From a virus (lineage: Duplodnaviria > Caudoviricetes), in the IMG/VR virus record IMGVR_UViG_3300042315_000461, positions 1-25,300 of that record: a stretch of 25,300 nt of DNA; one strand, given 5' to 3'. The position numbers and the translations under genes were made by a program. The notes beneath the pieces were generated by a model. It searched no databases. It was not told the origin of the DNA and saw only the letters and a list, made by a program, of their open reading frames with translations. Numbering within the stretch: the stretch's first letter is position 1; the number at the start of each line of letters is the position of its first letter. Of this stretch, positions 15,713-24,965 are shown piece after piece.

Positions 15713-16137
15713 TTTGGGAGGCTGCTCACCGCCTCGATGTGCCACGCAATCTCGCGGACAATGAGCCCCGCCGAGGCATGCGCCGCGAGGGCCTCCCACA
15801 GCGCCGCGACGGGGTATCCGTCCGGACCGCGCACGAGGTGCGGCAGGTCGCTGATGCTCTCGACGCAGGCCGCGATGATGGCCTCGGCGTGCATGAGCTC
15901 ACGGTCCTCGCCCTGCGCCGTGTGCGCCCCGGTGCGGCCTTCGATGAGCGCGACGGTCCGCCGGTCCATCGGCCTTGCCGTGACCCACGAGGCATCGCTC
16001 GGGATGTCGAGCCCGGCAGGGTCGCGGGTCGCGTAGTAGTGGCGCAGGTCGGCGAGCGGCAGGCCCGACAACGCCGGGTCCGTGGCGAGCACAAACCGCG
16101 TCGAGACGAGCGCCGAGGTCGAGACGGCGAGGGCCAT
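15583..16137 (-). CDS. Tail assembly chaperone (gpG-like, 184 aa)
   Basis: TGATG overlap with the tail tube stop; lies between tail tube and tape measure; low-complexity tail after the slippery site. Confidence 0.8.
   Translation of the reverse strand: MALAVSTSALVSTRFVLATDPALSGLPLADLRHYYATRDPAGLDIPSDASWVTARPMDRRTVALIEGRTGAHTAQGEDRELMHAEAIIAACVESISDLPHLVRGPDGYPVAALWEALAAHASAGLIVREIAWHIEAVSSLPKAPAQYSPSQRGEAPASAKAAATTPATDATAPAASGTATSGTG
15712..15718 (-). other. Programmed -1 ribosomal frameshift site C CCA AAA
   Basis: X XXY YYZ heptamer in the correct phase (CTC CCA AAA GCG); an A4 run is rare in this GC-rich sequence. Confidence 0.85.
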
Positions 16138-17444
16138 CACGACACCACGGCCAAAAAGCACCATGCGCCTTTGGCCGCGGTCGGCGTCCCCGTGGTGTCG
16201 GCGATGTCGGCCGAGCCACCGCGGATGGTGACCGTGCTGAAGCTGCGCGACTCCTCGATGGTGTCCGGGTCGAGGTCGGCGAGGTAGCCGCCCGGGATGA
16301 TGAGGGCCGCGCCCGTGGCCGCCGTGCCTTGCAGCGGGAGCACCCAGGTCGACCGCGTCTGCCCGCGCAGTCGGGCCATGAGGGCGCTGCGCTGCGTGTC
16401 GGCGAACGTGATGCGGGCCTCGACGAGCACGCGCGTGATTTCCTCATCGGTCCGCTGGAGCACCGACGTCGTCGCCGAGCCGACCGGCTCAGTGTCCACG
16501 GTGATGGTCGCCTCCCAACTCTGGACCCCGAACACGGTGCGCGCGCCGGCCTCGGGCGCCGAGCCGCTCAGAGCGCCCGAGATGACCGAGCCGTACCGCC
16601 GCGCCGTGACGCCACCGCCGACTGCCGAGCCCGCGCTCGGGGTCGCGCCCGAGATGTCGCCCCGGAACGGGCCGGAGAACCGCATCCGCGCCTCGGCCGT
16701 GGAGTTGGACGCGCCGCCGAATCCGATGGCGAGCTCGCGCAGTCGAGACCCGGTGACGACGATGCCGCGCGCCGCGTCCCGATACCGCCACGAGAGCGAG
16801 GTCGCGCCCCGGGCCCCGATGACCGGATAGGCGACCGAGCACTTGCGCACGAGGTCGTTGACCTGCGGGGTCGCGCTGAATGCCGGGTGCACGGTCACGC
16901 GATTCGTCCCCGTGTTGACCGATGTCACGCAGGCGAACTCCATCGCCCCGACAGCGTTGCTCCACGCGACGACGTCGCCGGGATTGACTTCGCCGATTTC
17001 GCCGGCGCCGACCCCGTAGACCGTCGTCGAGACCGCGCCCGTGACCGTCTGATACGTGCCCACCGCGGTCCCGAGCAGGCCGAGCGAGCTGGCGACCATC
17101 TGCCCCATGGCGGTCGAGGCAAACGCCGTCGAGCCCGGCAGCCGGAAGGGCACCGACACCGGCAGGTCGCCGCGCGAGATGCCGACCGGGAGCGAGTCGC
17201 TCGGGGAGTAGGGCGCGTCCACCTCGGGAGGCTGACCCGCGCCCGACGTCGAGACCAGCGGCTCCTCGTAGAGAGGCACCGCGCCCTGCCCGACCAACTC
17301 GGCGATGGGCGCGCGGATGCAGTTGATGCGGCTGTACGACAGGCCGCTCACGTCGACCGTGGTGTAGTCCGTCGTGGACGGCGACCCGAAGGTCGACTCG
17401 ACAGCGAGGGCCAGCTCCTGCCCCGCCAAAAGCCCTGCGCTCAT
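16137..17444 (-). CDS. Major tail tube protein (435 aa)
   Basis: ATG at 17444 in an ATGA overlap; N-terminal 'ELALAVESTFG' is typical of tail-tube proteins; lies before the chaperones. Confidence 0.75.
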   Translation of the reverse strand: MSAGLLAGQELALAVESTFGSPSTTDYTTVDVSGLSYSRINCIRAPIAELVGQGAVPLYEEPLVSTSGAGQPPEVDAPYSPSDSLPVGISRGDLPVSVPFRLPGSTAFASTAMGQMVASSLGLLGTAVGTYQTVTGAVSTTVYGVGAGEIGEVNPGDVVAWSNAVGAMEFACVTSVNTGTNRVTVHPAFSATPQVNDLVRKCSVAYPVIGARGATSLSWRYRDAARGIVVTGSRLRELAIGFGGASNSTAEARMRFSGPFRGDISGATPSAGSAVGGGVTARRYGSVISGALSGSAPEAGARTVFGVQSWEATITVDTEPVGSATTSVLQRTDEEITRVLVEARITFADTQRSALMARLRGQTRSTWVLPLQGTAATGAALIIPGGYLADLDPDTIEESRSFSTVTIRGGSADIADTTGTPTAAKGAWCFLAVVS

Positions 17445-17914
17445 GCTGTCACCTCTGCCGTGATGCGGACGCGCAGCACGCGCCCGATGATTCGCCCGTC
17501 GCCATCGTCGAGCTCGACGATGGCGGTATCTGGATAGACCTCGAGGATGTTCGCGTCGGCGCCCCACACCGACGCCGGTCTCAACGCCTCGACGAGCTGC
17601 ACCGCGTCCTCGTAGGTCACGAGCCGGGCCAGGTCGCCGTCGTCAGACCACGCGAGGTCGGAGTCGCGGTAGACGACGTGCAGCGTGATGTCGTGCCGCA
17701 CCTCGTCGAGCGTCGAGGAGATAAGGAGCCCCGTGTCGATGGGCGGTCCGATATCGAGCCACACCGAGCGCGTCGGCAGGCCGGGGAATTCGAGCGCGAT
17801 GTCCTGCTCCGAGCGGATGCCACGCGCGCGCGTCCACGGGCATGACTGCACGCCGGTCGGCGTGAGGCCCGCAATGGTCGCGTAGAGCGCATCGCGCAGG
17901 GTCGTGATGCTCAC
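17441..17914 (-). CDS. Putative tail terminator / tail completion protein (157 aa)
   Basis: GTGA overlap start (VSITTLRDALYATIAGL...); size, acidity and position immediately before the tail tube. Confidence 0.65.
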   Translation of the reverse strand: MSITTLRDALYATIAGLTPTGVQSCPWTRARGIRSEQDIALEFPGLPTRSVWLDIGPPIDTGLLISSTLDEVRHDITLHVVYRDSDLAWSDDGDLARLVTYEDAVQLVEALRPASVWGADANILEVYPDTAIVELDDGDGRIIGRVLRVRITAEVTA

Positions 17915-18489
17915 TTGCGCTGCTCCTCGAGCACGGCAGTCAGCAACTCGCCGATGGTCTGGTCGACCTGCCCGCGGTCCTTCGGGGACAAGCCGAACCA
18001 CGGGCGCTTGGCGTTGACGCCCTCGGCGTAAGTCACCGCAGCGCCGCGCACCGTGACGACGCATCGAGTGCGCAGAACCGCAGTGACGTCGAGCGACCGC
18101 GCGAGTTGTCCCGATGCCGTCAGGTCGACGAGCACGCCGCCCGAGCCGACGCCCTTCCGGGACGCGCGCTTGTACTCGGCGTACCCGCCCTCGTAGAGCC
18201 TGCCGATGATGGCACCGCGCCGCCCGTCGACCCCGCGCTGCGGACCTCGTCGAGCATGCCACGGGGCGCCGCCCTTGGGCTTGAGGCGCTTCGCAATCTC
18301 GCTGCGGAAGTAGACCACCACGCGGTCCGTCGAGTAGGCCGCATGGGCCCGGTCATTCAGCCCGCGCCCCTCGCGGAACGTGCGCTGCGCCATCTGCGTC
18401 GCGACCGCCTGCCCGATGGCGCGCATGGCCTCGGTCGTGACGACGCGCGTGGGCCACTTCGAAAGGTCGACCTTTGCCCCGACTGCCAT
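17911..18489 (-). CDS. Virion morphogenesis / neck protein (Mu gpG/HK97 gp10-like, 192 aa)
   Basis: Basic protein with 'VDLTASGQLARSL' and 'KRPWFGLSPKD' motifs. Confidence 0.75.
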   Translation of the reverse strand: MAVGAKVDLSKWPTRVVTTEAMRAIGQAVATQMAQRTFREGRGLNDRAHAAYSTDRVVVYFRSEIAKRLKPKGGAPWHARRGPQRGVDGRRGAIIGRLYEGGYAEYKRASRKGVGSGGVLVDLTASGQLARSLDVTAVLRTRCVVTVRGAAVTYAEGVNAKRPWFGLSPKDRGQVDQTIGELLTAVLEEQRK

Positions 18490-19526
18490 CAGCGGTCGTC
18501 CGTGACGCGAGTCCGCGTGACCTCGTAGGGCGCGGACGGGTCGGCCTCGTACCGCACGACCGAGAGGTCAGTGAGCGTCGACCCGATGCCGGCCGTTGCG
18601 CGCCCCGTTGCGGCCCCGATGGCGGTCTCGCCCGTGTCCACCACGCCGTCCCCATCGAGGTCGGCCCAATCGACCAGCGCGAGCACCTGGTCGATGCTCT
18701 CGACCGCGCGCGCTCGGTAGTACGCTGCGAGGTCGGAGCGGTCAGCCCCGGCGCTCGAGGTGCCATCGACGATGGCGGCCGCCGTGAGGTAGGCGTGTGC
18801 GCGCGAGAACTGCGAGCCCGGGAGCACGTCCTCGACCCGGGGCGCGATGCGAGACCGCACGAGGAGGACCAGGTCATCGAGCGCTGCGTCACGCTGCGCC
18901 CGCCACGAGCCCTGACCCATCGGGCGACTGCGCAGGTCAGGGAACGCCGCGAGCACGTCAGCGTCGGAGAGGCCCGTCGAGAACGCCATCGCCACGATGT
19001 GCAGGACGTCGCGGTCGCGTCGGTAGTCGGTCGTGATGCCCTGCGTGGCCGCCGTGTAGTCGACGGACCACCGCACGTTGCGGGTCGGGGTCGTGCCCAC
19101 GTCGCCGGACGCGATGACCACCGAGCGCTCGTGCCAGTGCAGCGTCAGCGTCGAGGCCGAGACGGTCACCGGATGCGGCAGCGGCTCGGCAAGCTCGACC
19201 GTGCCCGCGAGCGCGCCGGTTGTGACCTGCCGCACGACGCGCACAGCCGCCTCGACGGTGCCGATGCCGTAGAGCATCGCAGACGCCGGGGAATCTGGGG
19301 ATGCGAGGGTCACGGGAGCGCCGGATGCGCCCCACGTCACGGTCAGAGTGCGCCGGTCAGTCGAGATGGAGGAGACGGTGTCAGGCTCTCGAGCAAGCGC
19401 GAGCGTGTACGTCGATGCGCCTGTGGGCCACGTAACCGTGAGAGTCGGCGATGACGCGATGACGCCATCCGGCGGCCACCACCGGAACCGATGCGCCTGC
19501 CCCGTGTTGAGTTTGCGCGCGGCCAT
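18489..19526 (-). CDS. Putative head-tail adaptor with N-terminal beta-rich extension (345 aa)
   Basis: C-terminal ~140 aa are helical and connector-like, ending near DLDGDGVVDTGE; first gene of the neck block. Confidence 0.55.
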   Translation of the reverse strand: MAARKLNTGQAHRFRWWPPDGVIASSPTLTVTWPTGASTYTLALAREPDTVSSISTDRRTLTVTWGASGAPVTLASPDSPASAMLYGIGTVEAAVRVVRQVTTGALAGTVELAEPLPHPVTVSASTLTLHWHERSVVIASGDVGTTPTRNVRWSVDYTAATQGITTDYRRDRDVLHIVAMAFSTGLSDADVLAAFPDLRSRPMGQGSWRAQRDAALDDLVLLVRSRIAPRVEDVLPGSQFSRAHAYLTAAAIVDGTSSAGADRSDLAAYYRARAVESIDQVLALVDWADLDGDGVVDTGETAIGAATGRATAGIGSTLTDLSVVRYEADPSAPYEVTRTRVTDDR

Positions 19527-19532
19527 GGTGCG

Positions 19533-19548
19533 AGCCTACCACACACCG
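19533..19548 (-). promoter_or_regulatory. Extended -10 (leaderless-type) promoter motif, copy 2
   Basis: CGGTGTGTGG-TAGGCT-N6-ATG in a 39-nt intergenic gap; no SD. Confidence 0.7.
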
Positions 19549-19565
19549 CGCGCGAGGTCGACGCC

Positions 19566-20402
19566 CTACACCGCCGCGCGATTCGCTGCCGTGACGTCGG
19601 CCTCAGTCGCCTCGCGGTAGCCCCATCGCAGCGCCGTCGAGAGCGGCACCGCAAGCCACGAGTGCCGGCAGTTGTAGCCGCCGCCCGAGTCGAGCGGATG
19701 CGGCAGGCCGTTGACGCCGTTGTCGAGCTTCGGGGCCAGTTCGCGGCTCACCCACAGCCCCACGAGCGCGGCGCAGAACGGGCGCGTCAGGCCGTCCTCC
19801 GGGCCTCCGTAGGCATACCCGAGGATGCCCGGCAGCTCGTCGGCGTAGGCCCCCGCCACGGCCCGCGCGTAGACCGCGGTCTGTGTGCGCGCCTCGGTCG
19901 CGGCCTTCTCCGTGCTGATTTCGAGGCGCTTGGCGATGCGCTCCGACAGCTCGGTCAGCGACTCCAGCCGGTAGCCCTCGCGGAGCAGCGGCATGAGGTC
20001 CGTCGCGACCGCGAGCGTCGAGCCGCGGAATGCGTCGCGCGCGTCGCGCTTCGCCGCGTCGATGACGGACGTGAGCGCCTCGACGTCGATGACCTCGCTA
20101 GGGTCGAGGCCAAGGGAGCGAAGATGCGCAGGGGTCGCGCGCTCGACCGCTTCGAGGCCGTCGAGCCACGCGTCCTGCACCTCGCCCGTGAGCTCGGCGA
20201 CTGCCGCCGCGACCTCGTCGAGTTGGACCGCGATGATGCCCGCGCGCCAATCGCCGTCACCGGCCTGGTCGAGCAGCTCAAGCAGCCGCTCGCGCAGGGT
20301 CGCGCGGAGTCCGACGAGAGCAGCGGCGGTCCGCTGCCCTACGTCGTCGATGTCGGCCTGCCGCCGACGCAGTGCCGCCCGTATCGCTGCGGGCAGTGCC
20401 AT
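19566..20402 (-). CDS. Head morphogenesis / minor capsid protein (Mu gpF/SPP1 gp7-like, 278 aa)
   Basis: 'TEARTQ...YGGPEDGLTRPFC...GGGYNCRHSW' motif. Confidence 0.85.
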   Translation of the reverse strand: MALPAAIRAALRRRQADIDDVGQRTAAALVGLRATLRERLLELLDQAGDGDWRAGIIAVQLDEVAAAVAELTGEVQDAWLDGLEAVERATPAHLRSLGLDPSEVIDVEALTSVIDAAKRDARDAFRGSTLAVATDLMPLLREGYRLESLTELSERIAKRLEISTEKAATEARTQTAVYARAVAGAYADELPGILGYAYGGPEDGLTRPFCAALVGLWVSRELAPKLDNGVNGLPHPLDSGGGYNCRHSWLAVPLSTALRWGYREATEADVTAANRAAV

Positions 20403-20405
20403 GCG

Positions 20406-20603
20406 TCAGCGGCGGGGCTTGCGCTTGGGCGCCTCGACGGCCTCGGGCTCGATGGCCTCGGGCGCGGGCTCGTCGAGGAGCACAATCGACCCCTCGCCGA
20501 ACCACCCGATGACCCGGTCGATGTCGGCCTGCGAGAGGTCGACGTCCACCGGCGCCGAGTAGTGGCCGAGCTTCGGAGCCGCAACCATGAGGCGCGCGCG
20601 CAT
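20406..20603 (-). CDS. Small hypothetical protein after the capsid gene (65 aa)
   Basis: TGATG overlap with the capsid stop; acidic/Pro linker and basic tail (PKRKPRR), as often seen in small post-capsid genes. Confidence 0.7.
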   Translation of the reverse strand: MRARLMVAAPKLGHYSAPVDVDLSQADIDRVIGWFGEGSIVLLDEPAPEAIEPEAVEAPKRKPRR

Positions 20604-21661
20604 CAGGCCACGACCGCCGTCACGAGGTAGCCCATGTTCGTGTCGAGCACGACCTCGTCGACGTAGGCTTCCGCCGCCACGATGGTGCCGACCGCCTGCG
20701 GGGGCATGGTCTCGACCGAGCGCACGGTCATGGGCAGCGCGATGCCGTCCATGCTCACGCCCTCGCCGGAGAGCCCGTCCTCGATGACCATCAGCGCGCC
20801 GGTCGCGCGGGCCATGATGTCGCCCGACTCGTTGGCGACCGCATCGGCCCCCTCGAGACAGCCGACCCACATGCTCTTGCCCCAGATATAGCCCGCCGTG
20901 TGGCTGGCACCGTCGACCGAGGTCCGACGCCGCGCGCCGCCGATGAGCAGGGTGAGCCCGAGCTCGCCGCGGACGAGGTCGACGAGGTACTGGTCGTTCG
21001 CGACGACGCGCGAGACCTGCGCCGCGCCCGACGTGACGACCCGCACGCCGCTGGAGTGCAGCGAGCGAGCGAACGCGTCGGCGCACTGCCGGCCGAGGAT
21101 GGCCGTGTCGGCGTCGCGCCCGTAGGCGCTCTCCCGAACCAGCACCTTGGCAAGCTGCATGTCGATGAGCGGCGTGGCCGTGGCGATGGTGCCCCACTGC
21201 GCGCCCGCGCCCGCGATGTTGGCGAGCGTGTCGTCGGGCCAGTTGCCCGTTCCGAACATGAGAGCCGCCGCACGGGCCTCGATGTCGAGGGCGAGCTTGC
21301 GACCGATGGCCGCTGCCTCGCGCTCCTCGAGGGCGACGGGGAACTGCGACCGCTGCGAGAGCTTGCGCGGGATGATTTCCGACGCAATCTTCAGCTCGTC
21401 GCAGGCGTAGGACACCGTGCTCGGAGCGCCGAGCGAGCGCCGCGGGTAGTCAGCCCCGAGCGCGGTCGTGGCGACCTGCACGGACCCGAGCATGCCGCTC
21501 GACGCCTCGACGAAGATGGTCCCGCGCGATGCGGTCGGGGCGACCCGGACCTGCGGCAGGCGAGGGAAAACGAGTCCGGCCATGCTCTGCGCCGCGCCGA
21601 TGGCGAGCGAGGAGAGGACCGGGGAGACGGGCGCGAGCTGCGCCAGAGTCGATGCGCTCAT
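20603..21661 (-). CDS. Major capsid protein (HK97 fold, lambda gpE-like, 352 aa)
   Basis: Strong SD AGGAGG; size and position after the decoration gene; 'PVLSSLAIG...VFP...V', 'WGTIATATPLIDM' and C-terminal 'GYLVTAVV'. Confidence 0.85.
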   Translation of the reverse strand: MSASTLAQLAPVSPVLSSLAIGAAQSMAGLVFPRLPQVRVAPTASRGTIFVEASSGMLGSVQVATTALGADYPRRSLGAPSTVSYACDELKIASEIIPRKLSQRSQFPVALEEREAAAIGRKLALDIEARAAALMFGTGNWPDDTLANIAGAGAQWGTIATATPLIDMQLAKVLVRESAYGRDADTAILGRQCADAFARSLHSSGVRVVTSGAAQVSRVVANDQYLVDLVRGELGLTLLIGGARRRTSVDGASHTAGYIWGKSMWVGCLEGADAVANESGDIMARATGALMVIEDGLSGEGVSMDGIALPMTVRSVETMPPQAVGTIVAAEAYVDEVVLDTNMGYLVTAVVA

Positions 21662-21673
21662 GTCAGCCTCCTA

Positions 21674-22072
21674 TCAGACGACGGACGCGTAGATGCCGAG
21701 CAGCACCACGCAGTCTTCGGTGTCGGCGGTGCTCGCGTCGGAGTCCTTGCCGGAGATGAGGATGCCGCGCGCGACATCCCCGCTTGCGGCCGCCTTGGCC
21801 TTGCCATCCGCGTTCGGCGTGACGAGCGCGCCGAGGGTGAGGCTCGCCGACGCCGTCACGACGTGGCAGAGCCCGCCGATCTGCACGTCGATGATGTCGC
21901 CCGAGACGCCCGACGTGAGCGCGACGCCCACGTTGTGGTGACCCGTGGCGAGCGTGCCGTCGGTCGACTGCGTGGCGACAGGGAGGCCGCCCGAGGCCGA
22001 GTTGATGCGTACGAACCGACCGCGCGTGACGGTCGCCGTGAGGATGCAGGAGACGACAATCGGCTGGCTCAT
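21674..22072 (-). CDS. Capsid decoration/cement protein (DUF2190-like, 132 aa)
   Basis: 'VGVALTSGVSGDIIDVQIGG...LTLGALVTPNADGKA' pattern; between scaffold and capsid. Confidence 0.8.
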   Translation of the reverse strand: MSQPIVVSCILTATVTRGRFVRINSASGGLPVATQSTDGTLATGHHNVGVALTSGVSGDIIDVQIGGLCHVVTASASLTLGALVTPNADGKAKAAASGDVARGILISGKDSDASTADTEDCVVLLGIYASVV

Positions 22073-23571
22073 CGGTGACCTCCGTTGGCGGCTCGCACCT
22101 GGGCGAGCATGTCGTTGGCGCGGGCGATCTCCAACTCGCGCGCAGTCTTGGGCGGCGTCGGCTCAGCGGCCCCGCCGTGCCCGGTCGCGCTCCCGACCTG
22201 CGCCTGCGGCACCATGTCGGAGAGCATCGCGCGCACGTCGTCGAGACCGATGCGGACGGCCCGCTCGACCCACGACCCACGCGAGGCCTGCGGGATGCGG
22301 GTCTCGCGGATGGCGCCATCGACGATGGCCTCCGCGTCCCGCGTGCGGAGCGCGAGCTCCGCGGCATTGGCGCGCTCGGCATCAGCCGACAACGCACCCT
22401 TCAGGCGCTCGACCTCTCGGGCGAGCTCCTCATTCCGCGCGGTCATCGCCGCGGCTTCCTGCTCGGTCACGAGCGCCTCCATCGTACCGCCTGCAAGAGA
22501 CGCGAGCGCCGGGGCGGTCCGGACAGCGCGCGGATAATCGAGCGGCATACGACCGCCCATGAACATCCAGTCATCAGCGTCGGTCGCGATGCGGTCCACG
22601 AGGCCCCGCTCCACAGCGTCCTGCGCCGAGTAGACCGACCCATCGCCGAGCGCCTCGCGACTCACGCCACGACCGCGCGCGATGTCGTCGAGCATGACCT
22701 CGGCGAGCGCGTCGACCCGGCGCTGGAGCGCTGCGAGGTAGTCGCCGTCATCGACCGACGCGCGCTTCGAAGGCGTCTGCGTGCTCACGACCTCGACCAC
22801 GTGCTCGGCGTCCTCGACGTAGAGGGTCACGACCACGCCCACGCCCCCGACCTGCGCAGTCGGCGACGCGACAATCTCATCGGCGCCCGAGATGACCCAC
22901 AGCGCCGCCGATGCCGCCGTGCCGTAGACGTAGGCGACGACGTAGACCCCCGCGGCCTGCGCCCGTGCGATGGCGCGGCGTGTCTCGACGACGCCCGAGA
23001 CGTAACCCCCGGGGGAGTCCACGTGGATGATGAGCACGGGATGGCGCTCGGCCATCGCGGTCGCGGTCTCGTACCGCGCCCGGTCGTAGTCGTAGGGATA
23101 GAGCCCGCCCTCGAGATGCATCGAGCCGACGGCACCGTCGGGGAGCACGCGCGCAGGCCGAGGCGCCGAGAGCGCTCGCGCATGCCCTGCGAGGACCGCC
23201 AACTCTGCCGGCGCCATCGATGCGCCCGTGTCCTCGTCTCGCCGCATGTCGGTCTCCTTGAGTCGCTCGACCCATCGCCGCCCGGGGTCGCCGCCCCACA
23301 GGAGCCACGCCACGAACCCGGGCGTCTCCTCGCCGTCCTGGTCATCGACGCCGCGGTCGAAGTCGTCAGCGTGGCGAGCGAACCATGCAGGGGCCTCGAC
23401 GGTCGCCCACTGCTCGGACTGCGGCTCACCGTCCGCGATGCTGTTCGCCCGGCGCACGGTCTCGGGCTTGAGACCGTCGCCCGACTTGCCGGCCTCGTGC
23501 AGCTCGACACCTCGACGCGCGGCGTCCTGCACAGCCTCGGGCGGTGTCAGCTCGGCAGTCGTGAGCGCCAT
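22069..23571 (-). CDS. Head maturation protease (S49/SppA-ClpP fold) with N-terminal 'WLLWGGD' domain and C-terminal scaffolding region (500 aa)
   Basis: 'IHVDSPGG', 'AASAALW...ADEIVASPTAQVGGVGV'; C-terminal coiled coil; lambda gpC-like position. Confidence 0.88.
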   Translation of the reverse strand: MALTTAELTPPEAVQDAARRGVELHEAGKSGDGLKPETVRRANSIADGEPQSEQWATVEAPAWFARHADDFDRGVDDQDGEETPGFVAWLLWGGDPGRRWVERLKETDMRRDEDTGASMAPAELAVLAGHARALSAPRPARVLPDGAVGSMHLEGGLYPYDYDRARYETATAMAERHPVLIIHVDSPGGYVSGVVETRRAIARAQAAGVYVVAYVYGTAASAALWVISGADEIVASPTAQVGGVGVVVTLYVEDAEHVVEVVSTQTPSKRASVDDGDYLAALQRRVDALAEVMLDDIARGRGVSREALGDGSVYSAQDAVERGLVDRIATDADDWMFMGGRMPLDYPRAVRTAPALASLAGGTMEALVTEQEAAAMTARNEELAREVERLKGALSADAERANAAELALRTRDAEAIVDGAIRETRIPQASRGSWVERAVRIGLDDVRAMLSDMVPQAQVGSATGHGGAAEPTPPKTARELEIARANDMLAQVRAANGGHR

Positions 23572-24959
23572 CAGAGACCGCCCGGCAGCGCGCCCGCAGG
23601 CGGCGTCATGGCGACCGTGCCCGCGACCCGCGCGCGCTCGCTACGCCCATCGGCGGCAGTCGAGGGCGGTGCAAGCTCGAGGGTCGCGCGGATGTGGCGC
23701 TCGTCGTCGGGTGACGGCGTCAGCGCGCCGGTGTTGAGCAGAGAGACCACGTCCGCGATGCGCTCGACCCACAGCGGGGAGCGGATGCCGGCGTAGGTCA
23801 GGCGCGGCAGCTCGGCGAGCGGGAGCGGCCCGATGTTGAGCGCGACGATGGCGCGCACGTAGGGCGCGAGCCCCTCGGCGACCCACTGACACAGGTCGCC
23901 CGCGAGCTGCGCCGCGAGGTCCGCGTGCACCTGCGCCGTGGAGTAAGAGCCCGAGGAGGACGCCGAGCCCATCGCGAGGTGCTGCACGTAGCACGCCTGC
24001 AAAATCTGCCGCTCGAGGTCGGCGACCACGCCCGAGAGCGGAGCGGCCGAGTCGGGGCGACCCTCCCACGCAAGCGTCGCCCACGAGGGCATCACCAGCG
24101 CGGCCTCCTCGTGCGAGGACCACTTGCGCGCGATGTCGAGCAGCGCCGACCGGGCCGACTCAATGGCCGACACGTCGGGCGGTCCGCCATCGCTGCGAGC
24201 CGAGCGCCCGAGGGCCTCCTCGTCGATGCTGATGGTGGGCACTGGGACCGCGGTCCGCTGCATCGCGACCGCGCGCAGGCGCATCGTGGCCGTGTAGTCC
24301 GTGGCAAGCGGCTCGATGTGCCGCATGATGCCGAGCCCCTCGACGCCCGCAGCCGGCGAGGGATAGACCAGGTGGACGAGCCGCTCGTAGGGCAGCCGCA
24401 CCGATGTCATGCTCGACAGCCCGCCGGGCTCGCGGCGCCATTGGTCGACCGCGACCACGCGCCCGTCGCGGTCGTACACCCATTGACGCACGCTCGATTG
24501 GTCGCGCGGCTCTAGGTCGACGTAGGTGGTCCCCTCGTAGGGGTATGCCACCATCTCCGCGAGGCTGAACCCCATCAGCGCGCCGCGCAGGAGGTCGCGC
24601 AACCGCGACTCCCACGAGGGCAGCGCGATGATGCGCCCCTCCCATTCGATGACCGGGGAGCTCGCCCCGCCGAGACCAAGCACGCGCCGCACGACCGCCG
24701 CAGCGGCCTCCGACGCAGGCGAATCCGCCACCGGGGATACGTCCCACGTGGCCGAGGTCGCGAGGCCCGACAACGCCTGCCACCCGACCCGCACGGGCGC
24801 GCACCGCTCGGCGACCGAGTAGGCCCGGATGCGCTCCGACAGCACCGCGAACCGTCGCGCGTGCTCGCCATCCTGTGCCGCGAGAGAGTGCGCGCCGATG
24901 CCCCGACCTGGTACGGCCTCGGGCGGGGTGTAGGCGGAGACGCGGACAGCCTGCGGCAT
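23571..24959 (-). CDS. Portal protein (Mu gp29/DUF935-like, 462 aa)
   Basis: 'LLRGALMGFSLAEMV', 'GLGIMRHI', 'GSYSTAQVHADL', 'IVALNIG' motifs; first gene of the head block. Confidence 0.85.
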   Translation of the reverse strand: MPQAVRVSAYTPPEAVPGRGIGAHSLAAQDGEHARRFAVLSERIRAYSVAERCAPVRVGWQALSGLATSATWDVSPVADSPASEAAAAVVRRVLGLGGASSPVIEWEGRIIALPSWESRLRDLLRGALMGFSLAEMVAYPYEGTTYVDLEPRDQSSVRQWVYDRDGRVVAVDQWRREPGGLSSMTSVRLPYERLVHLVYPSPAAGVEGLGIMRHIEPLATDYTATMRLRAVAMQRTAVPVPTISIDEEALGRSARSDGGPPDVSAIESARSALLDIARKWSSHEEAALVMPSWATLAWEGRPDSAAPLSGVVADLERQILQACYVQHLAMGSASSSGSYSTAQVHADLAAQLAGDLCQWVAEGLAPYVRAIVALNIGPLPLAELPRLTYAGIRSPLWVERIADVVSLLNTGALTPSPDDERHIRATLELAPPSTAADGRSERARVAGTVAMTPPAGALPGGL

Positions 24960-24965
24960 GTGCGC

